This document shows, piece by piece, positions 8,215 through 17,840 of a stretch of 64,000 nucleotides of DNA. This stretch comes from Clostridia bacterium. GTDB lineage: Bacteria > Bacillota > Clostridia > Oscillospirales > CAG-272. The notes below the pieces were generated by a model that searched no databases, had not been told where the DNA came from, and saw only the letters and a program-made list of their open reading frames with translations. Each line of letters begins with the position of its first letter. The stretch's first letter is position 1. The position numbers and the translations under genes are program-made. Location of the stretch: positions 850-64,849 of the forward strand of contig JAFVSI010000019.1 of the NCBI GenBank assembly GCA_017503865.1, written 5' to 3'.

Positions 8215-8455
8215 TTTTATACCTCCGTAATAGATAATACTCGAAATCGAGAAATTATGCATAATCAGCTTATCTATTGTATCATATAAAAAAGAAAAAA
8301 TCAAGAGAATTTTCATATTTTATGTAAAATTTATTATTTTGGCACTACAAGGGAAAAAACTAAAAAAATTTACAAAATTTATTCATTATATTGTTGCTTT
8401 TTTTTGAAAATATGATATACTATAAGTAGAAAATTTAAACAAGGGGGATTTTACT

Positions 8456-8683
8456 ATGTGGTTCCAGAAAAAGAAAACAAATTACGGTAAGATAATCGCA
8501 ATAACTGTTGCGGTCGTTGCGGCTGCTTCCGCTATCGCTTTCGTTATTTATAAGCTTGTTAAGAAGTACACGTCCGAGCTCGTTCTTGATTGCGATGACT
8601 TCCTTGATGAGTGCGACGAGTGCGATCTCGTTCTTGACGAGTGCGATTGTGAAGAGTGCGCTGAAGAAGAGGCAGAGGCATAA
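8456..8683 (+). CDS. Small single-TM protein with acidic Cys-rich tail
   Basis: AAGGGGG RBS, own TTGCTT/TATACT promoter and terminator, TM helix, tail DCDDFLDECDECDLVLDECDCEEC. Confidence 0.75.
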   Translation: MWFQKKKTNYGKIIAITVAVVAAASAIAFVIYKLVKKYTSELVLDCDDFLDECDECDLVLDECDCEECAEEEAEA

Positions 8684-8728
8684 GATCTTTTTTGATCTCT
8701 GTACTTTAGTGAGTCTTATCTATCAGTC

Positions 8729-8766
8729 AAGGGCTGTTGCTCCAATTGCAGCAGCCCTTTTCTTTG
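8729..8766 (+). terminator. Rho-independent terminator
   Basis: AAGGGCTGTTGC...GCAGCAGCCCTT followed by a T-rich tract. Confidence 0.7.
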
Positions 8767-8806
8767 ACATTTCACTATTTAATTATATTTTGGAGTTTTA
8801 AAAATT

Positions 8807-10204
8807 ATGATGCTTTTTGATACTATCGCGGCTATTTCCACTCCACTCGGTAAGGGCGGAGTTGCCGTGATAAGAGTTTCGGGCGAAAATGCAATAAAAA
8901 TCTCCTCAGAGGTTTTTGAGCCGCTCTCGAAAAAGTTTTCCTCGTTGGCGGACGTAGAGTCGAGGTATATGTGCCGAGGCAGGATATGGCGAAGCTTTGA
9001 GGGCAGAGAGCGAATTTCTATTGATGACGGAATGGCTGTAGTCTTTCGTGCCCCCGCATCCTTTACAGGTGAGGACGTAGTTGAAATTAGCTGTCACGGC
9101 GGAATACTTGTGACGCAAGGTGTGCTTTCAGCTCTCGTTGAGGCTGGAGCGAGAGTTGCCGAGGCGGGTGAATTTACAAGAAGGGCATTCGTCAACGGAA
9201 AAATGAAGCTCACAGAGGCTGAGGCTCTTGGACTTTTGCTCGAGGCAGAGACCGAGAATCAGCTCCTTATCAGCCGAGGCGGAATGAGGGGGATATTGTC
9301 CGACGCTACCGAGAAGCTCTATCTGCGTCTTGTAGACGTAATGGGTAGCATTTGGGCGAAGATAGATTTTCCCGATGAGGACCTCGGTGAGCTTGACAGC
9401 TCCGAGATATTGAATGAGCTTTCGCTTATCTATAACGATATTTCGGCTCTTGCCGCGACGTACAAGACGGGGCGGGCTGTTAGTGAGGGAATTCCTACCG
9501 CTATCTGCGGCCACACGAACGTTGGAAAAAGCTCGATATACAACCGTATCGTCGGTTATGATGCAGCAATCGTGACCGATATTGAGGGGACGACAAGAGA
9601 CATTTTGCGTGAAAAGGTCTCGCTTGGCGGTGTTACACTTAAAATCAGCGATACTGCAGGTATAAGAGATACTGACGACGCTGTTGAGAGCATTGGTATT
9701 GAGCGGGCAAGGGCGGAAATTTCTAAGTGTGAGCTGATTTTTGCCGTGTTTGATGTTGGAAGTGAAATTGGTGAAGAGGATAAGAGCTTTTACAGTGAGC
9801 TTGTAGCTTCAAACAAAAAGGTGATAGCACTTTACAACAAGGTCGATACCGCTCATGACCAAAAACGCACTCCCTGCGGTCTTTTTGAAAAGGAAATTTT
9901 CGTTTCCGCGAAAACGGGTGAGGGCTTTGAGGAGCTTGCGAGGACTGTCGGAGAAATGTTTATTGACGGCACTCTTAATCTTTACAACGATGCAATAGTT
10001 ATGGACGCAAGACAGTACGGGGCACTTAAGGCATCGTCAAATAATCTTGAAAGAGCTATTTCGTCACTTTCAAGCGGAATTCCACTTGACCTTTCAGCCT
10101 CTGACGTTGAGGCGGCTATGACAAGTCTCGGTGAGCTTGACGGAAGGGAAGTCGGAGAGGATATAGTTGCAAATATCTTCTCAAAATTCTGTGTAGGAAA
10201 ATAA
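8807..10204 (+). CDS. mnmE: tRNA uridine-34 modification GTPase MnmE
   Basis: DTIAAISTP, SFTGEDVVEISCHGG, GEFTRRAF, NVGKSS, GTTRD, DTAG, and C-terminal FCVGK. Confidence 0.97.
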   Translation: MMLFDTIAAISTPLGKGGVAVIRVSGENAIKISSEVFEPLSKKFSSLADVESRYMCRGRIWRSFEGRERISIDDGMAVVFRAPASFTGEDVVEISCHGGILVTQGVLSALVEAGARVAEAGEFTRRAFVNGKMKLTEAEALGLLLEAETENQLLISRGGMRGILSDATEKLYLRLVDVMGSIWAKIDFPDEDLGELDSSEILNELSLIYNDISALAATYKTGRAVSEGIPTAICGHTNVGKSSIYNRIVGYDAAIVTDIEGTTRDILREKVSLGGVTLKISDTAGIRDTDDAVESIGIERARAEISKCELIFAVFDVGSEIGEEDKSFYSELVASNKKVIALYNKVDTAHDQKRTPCGLFEKEIFVSAKTGEGFEELARTVGEMFIDGTLNLYNDAIVMDARQYGALKASSNNLERAISSLSSGIPLDLSASDVEAAMTSLGELDGREVGEDIVANIFSKFCVGK

Positions 10205-10305
10205 GGAAAAACTTTCCTCAAATAAAAAAGCGGCAGAGAGAAAAATGCACTTGATTTATGTCGTAATAAGATGTATAATGATATATAATAAAACTTTTTG
10301 GAGAC

Positions 10306-10800
10306 GTGAAAATGGACAGAGTTTCAAAGTACAACTATTATCTTGATATTGCAGAGACGGTGGCAGAGCGAAGCACCTGCCTTCGCCGTATGTACGGTGC
10401 AATAATCGTAAAGGACGACGTTATCGTTTCGACGGGCTATAACGGTGCACCGAGAGGAAGAAAAAACTGTAGCGACCTCGGCACTTGTATCCGTGAGACT
10501 ATGGGAATTCCGAGCGGTGAGAGATACGAGATGTGTCGTTCCGTTCATGCAGAGGCAAACGCAATAATCGCAGCCGCAAGAGACAGAATGCTCGGTGCTA
10601 CTCTTTATATGGCTTGTGTAAATCCTAAGGACGGCTCTCTTATGGCGGGAACCTCAAGCTGTATGATGTGCAAGAGAATGATAATAAACGCGGGCATATC
10701 CAAGGTCGTTGTAAGAGATACGAAGGAAGACTTTCGTATCATCGACGTTGCCGAGTGGATAGAGAATGACGACTCGCTTTCGGGAAAGTTTGGATACTGA
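10306..10800 (+). CDS. dCMP deaminase / cytidine deaminase family protein
   Basis: RSTCLRR, TGYNGAP, HAEANA, SCMMC zinc-binding motifs. The start may be ATG 10312. Confidence 0.88.
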   Translation: MKMDRVSKYNYYLDIAETVAERSTCLRRMYGAIIVKDDVIVSTGYNGAPRGRKNCSDLGTCIRETMGIPSGERYEMCRSVHAEANAIIAAARDRMLGATLYMACVNPKDGSLMAGTSSCMMCKRMIINAGISKVVVRDTKEDFRIIDVAEWIENDDSLSGKFGY

Positions 10801-10807
10801 TACATAA

Positions 10808-11254
10808 ATGGATCGTATTTTGATAGAAAAGCTTACGCCGGAAATGCTTTCTGACGTTGCAGAGCTTGAGTCGGCTGTGTTTGCCGAGCCCTGGTCGGAA
10901 AATGCACTCACTCTTCTTTTAGAGGGGAATAACGTTGGTTTTGCGGCTCTTTCCGAGTCAGGCAGGCTTGTCGGTTACGGTGGAATGGTCACGGTGCTTG
11001 ACGAAGGACAGATAACGAATATCGCGGTAAGTCCCGACTGTCGCAGACAGAAAATTGGCGAGAGGATAGTTCTTTCTCTAATTGAGTACGGTGAGAAAAA
11101 CGGTATTTCTTCCTTTTCGCTCGAGGTCAGAGAGAGCAACGCGGCGGCAATTGCACTTTACGAAAAGCTTGGCTTCGAAATGGTGGGCGTGAGAAAGAGC
11201 TTTTATTCAAAGCCAACCGAAAACGCAATAGTAATGATTAAAAATATAGGGTAA
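10808..11254 (+). CDS. rimI: Ribosomal protein S18 alanine N-acetyltransferase
   Basis: EGQITNIAV, LEVRESN, LYEKLGF, RKSFY...ENAIVM; directly upstream of tsaD. Confidence 0.9.
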   Translation: MDRILIEKLTPEMLSDVAELESAVFAEPWSENALTLLLEGNNVGFAALSESGRLVGYGGMVTVLDEGQITNIAVSPDCRRQKIGERIVLSLIEYGEKNGISSFSLEVRESNAAAIALYEKLGFEMVGVRKSFYSKPTENAIVMIKNIG

Positions 11255-11256
11255 GT

Positions 11257-12282
11257 ATGTATATTTTAGGAATTGAGAGCTCGTGCGACGAGACCTCTGC
11301 GGCAGTTCTATTCGCAGAGGGTGACTTTAAAGGAAAAATAAATAGAGAGGTAAAGTCTAACATCGTTGCCTCGCAGATAGAAACTCACCGTCTTTATGGC
11401 GGTGTTGTGCCCGAGATAGCAAGCCGTGCCCACATTGAAGCTATAACGCGAGTTACCGAGAGGGCACTAAGCGAGGCGGGCGTTACCATAGACGAAATCG
11501 GTGCTATTGCGGTAACGGCGTTCCCGGGACTTATAGGTGCACTTCTCGTTGGGGTGAATTTTGCAAAGTCGCTCGCATTTTCAAGAGGTATACCTCTTGT
11601 TGCCGTAAATCATATCAAGGCACACGTTGCGGCGGCGTATATCGAGCATCCCGAGCTTTGCGGAGATTTTCCCGCACTCGTTGTTTCGGGTGGACACACC
11701 TCTATTTATTCGGTCAAGGATTACACAAATTTTAGTGTGCTTGGCGAGACGCGTGACGATGCGGCAGGCGAGGCATTTGACAAAGTCGGACGTGTTATAG
11801 GTCTCCCTTATCCCGGCGGTGCGGCAATGGACAAGCTTGCATACGAGGGAAACGGTGATGCTATCAGCCTTCCTTCTCCCGCACTCCCCGGTGATACGCT
11901 TGATTTTTCCTTCAGCGGACTTAAGACAGCATCTCTCAATTATATAAATTCTGCCTCGCAAAAGGGCGAAGAGATAAACAGAGCTGACGTTGCGGCGTCC
12001 TTTACAAAGGCGGTCGTCGGTGCGATAGTAGGAAAGGCTAAAAAGGCACTTGAGCTTACGGGCTCAAATAAGCTCATACTTGCAGGCGGAGTTGCGGCAA
12101 ATTCTCATATAAGACGTGCTCTTAGCGAGATGTGCGAAATGCGTGGGGCTAAGCTCTATATGCCCTCGATCTCCCTTTGCGGAGACAACGCCGCTATGGT
12201 TGCGATGGCGGGATATTTTGAATTTTTGAAGGGTAACTTTGCCGATACTTACCTAAACGCATCGGCAAATGACGAGATTTAA
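11257..12282 (+). CDS. tsaD: tRNA N6-threonylcarbamoyltransferase TsaD
   Basis: ILGIESSCDETS, GGVVPEIASR, VSGGHT, DDAAGEAFDK, FSFSGLKT, DNAAM. Confidence 0.97.
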   Translation: MYILGIESSCDETSAAVLFAEGDFKGKINREVKSNIVASQIETHRLYGGVVPEIASRAHIEAITRVTERALSEAGVTIDEIGAIAVTAFPGLIGALLVGVNFAKSLAFSRGIPLVAVNHIKAHVAAAYIEHPELCGDFPALVVSGGHTSIYSVKDYTNFSVLGETRDDAAGEAFDKVGRVIGLPYPGGAAMDKLAYEGNGDAISLPSPALPGDTLDFSFSGLKTASLNYINSASQKGEEINRADVAASFTKAVVGAIVGKAKKALELTGSNKLILAGGVAANSHIRRALSEMCEMRGAKLYMPSISLCGDNAAMVAMAGYFEFLKGNFADTYLNASANDEI

Positions 12283-12296
12283 ATAACTTAACTTTA

Positions 12297-13103
12297 ATGA
12301 GAAAAATAATAAAGATAACCGCGTTTTTATTGCTTTTTGTTACACTTTTCCTCGTTTCCTGTGAGAAAGAGGAGAAGCATTCTCTAAATAATTTAGACGA
12401 CCTTGCCGTTATTGCTACTCACGAGGAGACGACATCTGCTCCCGAAAGTGAGGCTCAGGGCAAAAAGAGAGTTGCCATTACCTTCGATGACGGCCCTCAC
12501 AACGTCTACACCAAGAGAATAGTCGACGAGCTTGAAAAATACGGTTTTCACGCAACCTTCTTCGTTGTGGGTAACCGTATTGACGGTGGAACATACAATG
12601 GCAGTTCGGCACTGAAATATGCCTATGAAAAGGGAAATGAGATAGGCATTCACGGCTACACGCACAAGGCTTATTATAATAAATGCTCCGACGAGGTATA
12701 CGATAGTGAGCTTAAAAATACCGAAAAGGCTATAAAGAACGTGATAAAGAATGCTGACGTTCGTCTTATGCGTCCCGTCGGTGGGCATATAACATCGGAG
12801 CGGGTACAACAGAGCAAATATTCGGTCATTCTTTGGAACGTTGATCCTGAGGATTGGAAGTACAAATATTCTTCGGGGGATAGCGATGAGGCGGCGGCAC
12901 AAAAGGTGGAAACTATCGTTAGTGGCGTGATGGAAAACGTAAGCGAGGGTAGTATTATTCTTATGCACGATATTTACGAAAGTACGGCTGATGCAGTGTG
13001 CATCATACTCGAGAGGCTTTTTGAGGAGGGCTATGAAGTGGTGACGGTTTCGGAGCTTCTCGGTGAGAACCGTGCGTCGGGCAAAAAATATTCCTGCGGC
13101 TGA
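12297..13103 (+). CDS. Polysaccharide/peptidoglycan deacetylase (CE4) lipoprotein
   Basis: Lipobox FLVSC; TFDDGP, HGYTH, RPVGG, DPEDW, ILMHD. Confidence 0.9.
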   Translation: MRKIIKITAFLLLFVTLFLVSCEKEEKHSLNNLDDLAVIATHEETTSAPESEAQGKKRVAITFDDGPHNVYTKRIVDELEKYGFHATFFVVGNRIDGGTYNGSSALKYAYEKGNEIGIHGYTHKAYYNKCSDEVYDSELKNTEKAIKNVIKNADVRLMRPVGGHITSERVQQSKYSVILWNVDPEDWKYKYSSGDSDEAAAQKVETIVSGVMENVSEGSIILMHDIYESTADAVCIILERLFEEGYEVVTVSELLGENRASGKKYSCG

Positions 13104-13149
13104 TTTTGAAAGTGACAAAATAGACAAAATAAATTTTAGGAGAAGTATT

Positions 13150-13839
13150 ATGGGTGAAAACAGTAAAAAAACAAAAAAGGTGTCGGTGAAGTCTGCGGCG
13201 TATATGCCCGAGGTCTCACCTGCCGTAATAAAGAGATTGCCCAGATATTTCAGGTATTTGCGTGAAGTCATAAGACAGGGTAAAACGAGAGTTAGCTCGG
13301 CTGAGCTTTCAAAAATGATGAACGTTACCGCATCACAGATCAGACAGGACCTTAACTGCTTCGGTGGTTTCGGTCAGCAGGGCTACGGCTATAATGTAAA
13401 CTTTCTTTACACAAAAATTTGCGAGATACTCGGAGTGGGCTGTGGATTTCGTGCCCTCGTTATCGGTGCGGGTAATCTTGGAAGTGCACTTGTTAAAAGC
13501 TCTATGTTCGATAAGAGAGGCGTTGACGTTGTGGCAATGGTTGACGTCAGAGAAAATATTATCGGCAAGACGATAGGTGACGTAACCGTTTACAAAATGG
13601 ATGACCTCGAGGAGCTTTGCGAGAAGTTTGAGGTCGATATCGTAATACTCACTCTGCCAAAGGAAAATGCTACTGCAGCGGCACAAAAGCTACTCAACAC
13701 AAAGGTAAAGGGAATATGGAATTTCACGGGTAAGGAGCTTGACCTCGGAGACAGTCATATCGTGGTCGAGAACGAGCATATCGGAGATTCTCTTATGACT
13801 CTTTGCTATGAAATTGCAAGAAGAGAAGAGGATCTTTGA
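13150..13839 (+). CDS. rex: Redox-sensing transcriptional repressor Rex
   Basis: RLPRYFRYL, QIRQDLNCFGGFGQQGYGY, IGAGNLG, GIWNF. Confidence 0.96.
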   Translation: MGENSKKTKKVSVKSAAYMPEVSPAVIKRLPRYFRYLREVIRQGKTRVSSAELSKMMNVTASQIRQDLNCFGGFGQQGYGYNVNFLYTKICEILGVGCGFRALVIGAGNLGSALVKSSMFDKRGVDVVAMVDVRENIIGKTIGDVTVYKMDDLEELCEKFEVDIVILTLPKENATAAAQKLLNTKVKGIWNFTGKELDLGDSHIVVENEHIGDSLMTLCYEIARREEDL

Positions 13840-13843
13840 TATA

Positions 13844-14833
13844 ATGAAAAATGCTGAAAAGATTCAAATTCAATATAAGGACAACAAGCTTGGTGACGGC
13901 ATATTTGACGTTATAAAAAACGCAGACGAAGAGGATCTGAGGGTGCTTTTGGCTCTTGTATTACTTGCCGACGAGGACGGAGACGAGGTCGAGTGTGCAA
14001 GGGTTTGCGAGGGACTTGAAATATCGCCCGCCGAGCTTATGGCATCGGTAAAATATTTTAAGGGTGCGGGGCTTTTGACGCTTTCGAAAAAGAGCCGTAA
14101 AAAGACCGAGGGTGAAGAAGCCAAAAAAGAGGAAAAGAAAAAAATCGAGAGTGCCCACAGGGACGGTAAGGTTACAAGGGATTCCTTGCCCTCATATACC
14201 ACCGAGGAGCTTGCGGCTCTTATGAAAAAACGCAAGATTACGGCAGACTTTATAGGTGAAGCATCAAGAGTTTACGGCAAGATTTTTAATCAGCACGAGG
14301 TTGAGATGATAGTGCGAATGATAGATTTTGTCGGCTTTGACGAGGAGTGCGTCCTTTTGCTTCTTTCCTACTACCAGAAGCAGAAAAAGACCTTAAGATA
14401 CATAGAAAAGGTGGCTATCGAGTTCTATGACGAGGGAATCGTGAGTGCCGCAGCACTTGAAGCAAAGCTTATCGCGATGGATAAATACAACAGTACCGAG
14501 GGAAAGATACGCACCATTTTCGGTATGAATAGCCGTCCGCTTACCACGAAGGAAAAAAAGTGCGTCAAGGCGTGGATAGAGACGATGAACTTTGACGAGA
14601 AAATGATAAGACTTGCGTACGACAAAACGGTAGATGCAACACACGAGCCTTCCGTTGCTTACGCTAACGCAATACTCGAGCGTTGGTACGCAGAGGGAAT
14701 AAACACACCCGAAAAGGTTGCTGAGGCGGACGAAAAGAGAGAGGACTCGAATGCATCTAAGATCGAAAAGAGCTACGATACAAACGCTTTCTTTGAGGCA
14801 GCACTCAAGAGAAGCTATGGCGAGGACAACTGA
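13844..14833 (+). CDS. dnaD: DnaD/DnaB_2 domain replication protein
   Basis: Two DnaD-like domains (YIEKVA; YANAILERWYAEGI); precedes a DnaC-like ATPase. Confidence 0.8.
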   Translation: MKNAEKIQIQYKDNKLGDGIFDVIKNADEEDLRVLLALVLLADEDGDEVECARVCEGLEISPAELMASVKYFKGAGLLTLSKKSRKKTEGEEAKKEEKKKIESAHRDGKVTRDSLPSYTTEELAALMKKRKITADFIGEASRVYGKIFNQHEVEMIVRMIDFVGFDEECVLLLLSYYQKQKKTLRYIEKVAIEFYDEGIVSAAALEAKLIAMDKYNSTEGKIRTIFGMNSRPLTTKEKKCVKAWIETMNFDEKMIRLAYDKTVDATHEPSVAYANAILERWYAEGINTPEKVAEADEKREDSNASKIEKSYDTNAFFEAALKRSYGEDN

Positions 14834-14870
14834 TAAGACCTAAAAATTTCTAAACAGACGGAGAGTTGAT

Positions 14871-15860
14871 ATGGGCTTTAATAAAAAGGACTTGATAAAG
14901 GTCAAGGAAGAGTTTTCTGAAAAATATAAAAAGGCACAGGATGCGAGTGACGCGAGATGCCGTGAGCTTTGGGGCAAGATAGACGGACTTCGTATGATAG
15001 ATAACGAGCTTTCTCTTACGGGTATTCGTATTATGGAGGCTGTTATGTCAAAGGAAAAGGGAAGTGACACAGCATCAAAGCTTGAAGAAATAAAGAATCA
15101 AAACCAGACTCTTCTTCGCGAGAGGGCAGCTCTTCTTCGTGCATACGGATACCCCGAGGATTATACTGACGTTCACTACGAGTGCGATAAGTGCTGTGAC
15201 TCAGGATACGTGGATATGAAGATGTGCGACTGTATGAAGCGTGCACTCGTTCTTGCGGGATACGAGTCGTCGGGACTTTCCTCGCTTATGAAAACTCAAA
15301 GCTTTGAGAATTTCTCGCTCGACTATTACCGCCAGTCGCAAAAGCAGTATGACGGAATGAAAAAAGCTTACGAAAAGATAAAGAACTTTGCCGAGAATTT
15401 TAGTTCCGATACGTATGAGAATTTTCTTTTCTTCGGTCGCACGGGACTTGGCAAGACTCATCTTTCAACGGCGGTTGCCAAAACTGTCATAGACAGATAT
15501 TTTGACGTCCTTTACGTTACGGCAAACGAGATGATAAGCGTCTTTGAGCAGAAGAAATTTGGCAGCAAGATAAATCCCAACGAAGAGGCGGACACCTCGA
15601 GATATTATTCGGCTGACCTTCTTATTATTGACGATCTTGGAACTGAAATGTCAACTCCTTTTTCAATTTCTTGCGTCTATGAGATAATAAACGCGAGAAT
15701 GATAGCGAGAAAATCGACCATAATAAGCACAAATCTCGGAATCGATGAGATAGAGAAGCGATATTGGGAAAGAATAACCAGCCGTCTTCTCGGCGAGTAT
15801 CAGCCTATTCTTTTTGTCGGTGCAGATATTCGCGGTCAAAAGCTCAGTGCAAAAAAATAA
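14871..15860 (+). CDS. dnaC: DnaC/DnaI-like helicase loader ATPase
   Basis: CDKCCDSGY...CDC zinc motif, GRTGLGKT Walker A, LLIIDDLG Walker B, RITSRL. Confidence 0.85.
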   Translation: MGFNKKDLIKVKEEFSEKYKKAQDASDARCRELWGKIDGLRMIDNELSLTGIRIMEAVMSKEKGSDTASKLEEIKNQNQTLLRERAALLRAYGYPEDYTDVHYECDKCCDSGYVDMKMCDCMKRALVLAGYESSGLSSLMKTQSFENFSLDYYRQSQKQYDGMKKAYEKIKNFAENFSSDTYENFLFFGRTGLGKTHLSTAVAKTVIDRYFDVLYVTANEMISVFEQKKFGSKINPNEEADTSRYYSADLLIIDDLGTEMSTPFSISCVYEIINARMIARKSTIISTNLGIDEIEKRYWERITSRLLGEYQPILFVGADIRGQKLSAKK

Positions 15861-15873
15861 GCCAAAACAGTAT

Positions 15874-15916
15874 AAAAAAGATATACGGGCATATACTATG
15901 CCCGTATATCTTTTTT
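15874..15916. terminator. 20-bp perfect inverted repeat / terminator
   Basis: AAAAAAGATATACGGGCATA-tac-TATGCCCGTATATCTTTTTT. Confidence 0.8.
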
Positions 15917-15929
15917 TAAGGAGTTTTTT

Positions 15930-16379
15930 ATGGAAACAGAAAGAAAAAACGAGACGGCGGATTTTCTCGACCGTATGTACAAGAATGTAAAGATGGGTTC
16001 GGAGTCTATAATTACTCTTATGCCCAAGGTTAAAGATGACGGACTTCGCAGCGAAATGACCGCAGAGCTTTCAAAGCTTGACGGATATACCGCAAAGATA
16101 TGTGACCTTCTTGGCAAAGAGGGAAGAGCTCCCAAGGAAGAAAATATCGTAACGAGACTTTCCTCTAAGATGGGTATCAATATGAATACTATGCTGGATT
16201 CAACCTCGAGCCATATTGCCGAAATGATGATGGAAGGTTATACTATGGGTATTACCGATATGACCAAGGACATCAGAGAGGCTGAAAGATCAAAGGCGAG
16301 CGAGGCGTCTTTAAAGCTTGCACGCGAGATCGTCTCCTTCCACGAGGACAGCTTTTCTCAAATGAAGAAATTTTTATAA
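15930..16379 (+). CDS. Conserved hypothetical helical protein (possibly ferritin-like, sporulation-associated)
   Basis: AAGGAG RBS; helical pattern with a DSTSSHIAEMMMEG motif typical of clostridial hypothetical proteins. Confidence 0.6.
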   Translation: METERKNETADFLDRMYKNVKMGSESIITLMPKVKDDGLRSEMTAELSKLDGYTAKICDLLGKEGRAPKEENIVTRLSSKMGINMNTMLDSTSSHIAEMMMEGYTMGITDMTKDIREAERSKASEASLKLAREIVSFHEDSFSQMKKFL

Positions 16380-16424
16380 AAATATGCGGGAAAACCATTG
16401 TAAAACAAAAGTTTTCCCGCAAAA

Positions 16425-16721
16425 TTATTCGTCTGACTCTTCTTGCTTGAGGGCATCTATCTGATTCTTAAGGTCGGTCTCGTCGAGGCGAAGCGAATCA
16501 ATATCCGATATGACCTCTGAAATCTTCTCTGCCATAGATTCACCCGATTTGAGCTGCTTGTAGGTAAGTCTGCCAAGCTTTTCGTACTTTGCACAAAGCT
16601 TGTTTTTTACTCCCTCGAGCTTAAGGTGAAGGGAAGCACAGTGAGCAAGCTCGCCTGTTTTTTTAGCCGCTTTCCCCGCAAAGCGTTTAGCATCGGCACA
16701 AAAATCGTTAAATGAAGACAT
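16425..16721 (-). CDS. Hypothetical coiled-coil protein
   Basis: GAGGTG RBS; KKTGEL...YEKLGRLTY pattern; shared hairpin at 16386-16421 lies between it and the convergent gene. Confidence 0.65.
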   Translation of the reverse strand: MSSFNDFCADAKRFAGKAAKKTGELAHCASLHLKLEGVKNKLCAKYEKLGRLTYKQLKSGESMAEKISEVISDIDSLRLDETDLKNQIDALKQEESDE

Positions 16722-16809
16722 AAAAACACCTCACATAAATTATCTTAATATATTATACACCACTTTACCCCTTTTGTAAATAAAAATTTTAATATCAAAG
16801 GAGAAAAAT

Positions 16810-17256
16810 ATGGATTTAGATAAGAAAACCTATAAAAAATACGCCAAGGCTCACGCTCCACGCTCTCCGATCCTCAAAAATTGCACAAAGGCGTTTTTGA
16901 TAGGCGGTACTATCTGCCTTATCGGGCAAGGGCTTCTTGACGTATATACGAGGCTCTGTAATTTAGAGAAAGAGGACGCGTCAGCCCTTGTTTCTGTAAC
17001 TCTTATATTTGCCGCAATATTTTTGACAGCTATCGGTGTTTTTGACAGAATAGCCAAGCACGCGGGTGCTGGCACTCTCGTTCCCATAACGGGCTTTGCA
17101 AATGCCGTCGCCTCTCCCGCAATCGACGCCCATTCAGAGGGACTTATCCTCGGTGTCGGTGCAAAAATATTCACCGTTGCAGGTCCCGTTTTGCTTTACG
17201 GAACACTTGCAGGGGCTTTCTACGGTGTGATTTATTGGATATTAAAGCTCTTTTGA
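16810..17256 (+). CDS. spoVAC: Stage V sporulation protein AC
   Basis: AFLIGGTICLIGQ, AGAGTLVPITGFAN, EGLILGVGAKIFTVAGPV. Confidence 0.93.
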   Translation: MDLDKKTYKKYAKAHAPRSPILKNCTKAFLIGGTICLIGQGLLDVYTRLCNLEKEDASALVSVTLIFAAIFLTAIGVFDRIAKHAGAGTLVPITGFANAVASPAIDAHSEGLILGVGAKIFTVAGPVLLYGTLAGAFYGVIYWILKLF

Positions 17257-17257
17257 G

Positions 17258-17719
17258 TTATGTCATCACTACCGTCACAAATCGCCCCTTTATATCGACC
17301 TTTGCGTTTTTTGGTATCTCACTGTACGGTGTTTCCTCAAGGGCGGTGGAAAGCATATCTATTCGACTAAGACACATAGCGGCAATAAGGTCGGTGTCGG
17401 ACCTACTGTAACACTTAAAGACTGCTACCTCGCAGGGCTCTTTTGGGCATAGATAAAGGGCAAAATCTTCGATAAGAGTAAACTCGTATTCGGGTGCCCC
17501 CTCGTGATAAAGCGAGGCGATGGCGTCGGTGTTCAGATGTTCCGGCTCTCCCTCTTCTGCCGATTTTAAATATAGATTTCCGTAGGGAAGAGCGTCGAGG
17601 TCCTTCGTTATAGACAAAAGGATATCCTCAGCACTCTTTTTATTCGACTCGCCACACGAGGAAAGCAGAGCAAGAATAAGTGCTAATATAAATATAAGTA
17701 AAACAAATTTTTTCATCAT
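17258..17719 (-). CDS. Lipoprotein, DUF4358-like
   Basis: Lipobox LLSSC; EVAVFKC and C-terminal KGRFVTVV pattern. Confidence 0.6.
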   Translation of the reverse strand: MMKKFVLLIFILALILALLSSCGESNKKSAEDILLSITKDLDALPYGNLYLKSAEEGEPEHLNTDAIASLYHEGAPEYEFTLIEDFALYLCPKEPCEVAVFKCYSRSDTDLIAAMCLSRIDMLSTALEETPYSEIPKNAKVDIKGRFVTVVMT

Positions 17720-17736
17720 ATACCCCCGTCATTTTA

Positions 17737-17765
17737 TAATTATGCGACGGGGGATTTTCTTATGA
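17737..17765 (-). promoter_or_regulatory. Putative sigma-E promoter of the DUF4358-like gene, overlapped by an inverted repeat
   Basis: Minus strand TCATA-16nt-CATAATTA; CCCCCGTC/GACGGGGG inverted repeat spans 17723-17753. Confidence 0.4.
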
Positions 17766-17840
17766 TAGAGAATACTCTTGACTTATTCTGACAAAAAAGG
17801 TATAATCAATATGTTTGAATTTTATTTTGGGAGAATAAAT

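Noticed and set aside
8807-13839. Possible Arg-codon reassignment (AGG/CGG), known in some uncultured Bacillota
   Set aside because: In spot checks, AGG (Rex RYFRYL) and CGG (MnmE TGRAV) fall at positions where Arg is expected, and all genes read normally in code 11.
13844-15860. dnaD-dnaC pair as a prophage replication module
   Set aside because: It is embedded in a housekeeping operon after rex with host-like composition, and there is no integrase or structural phage gene.
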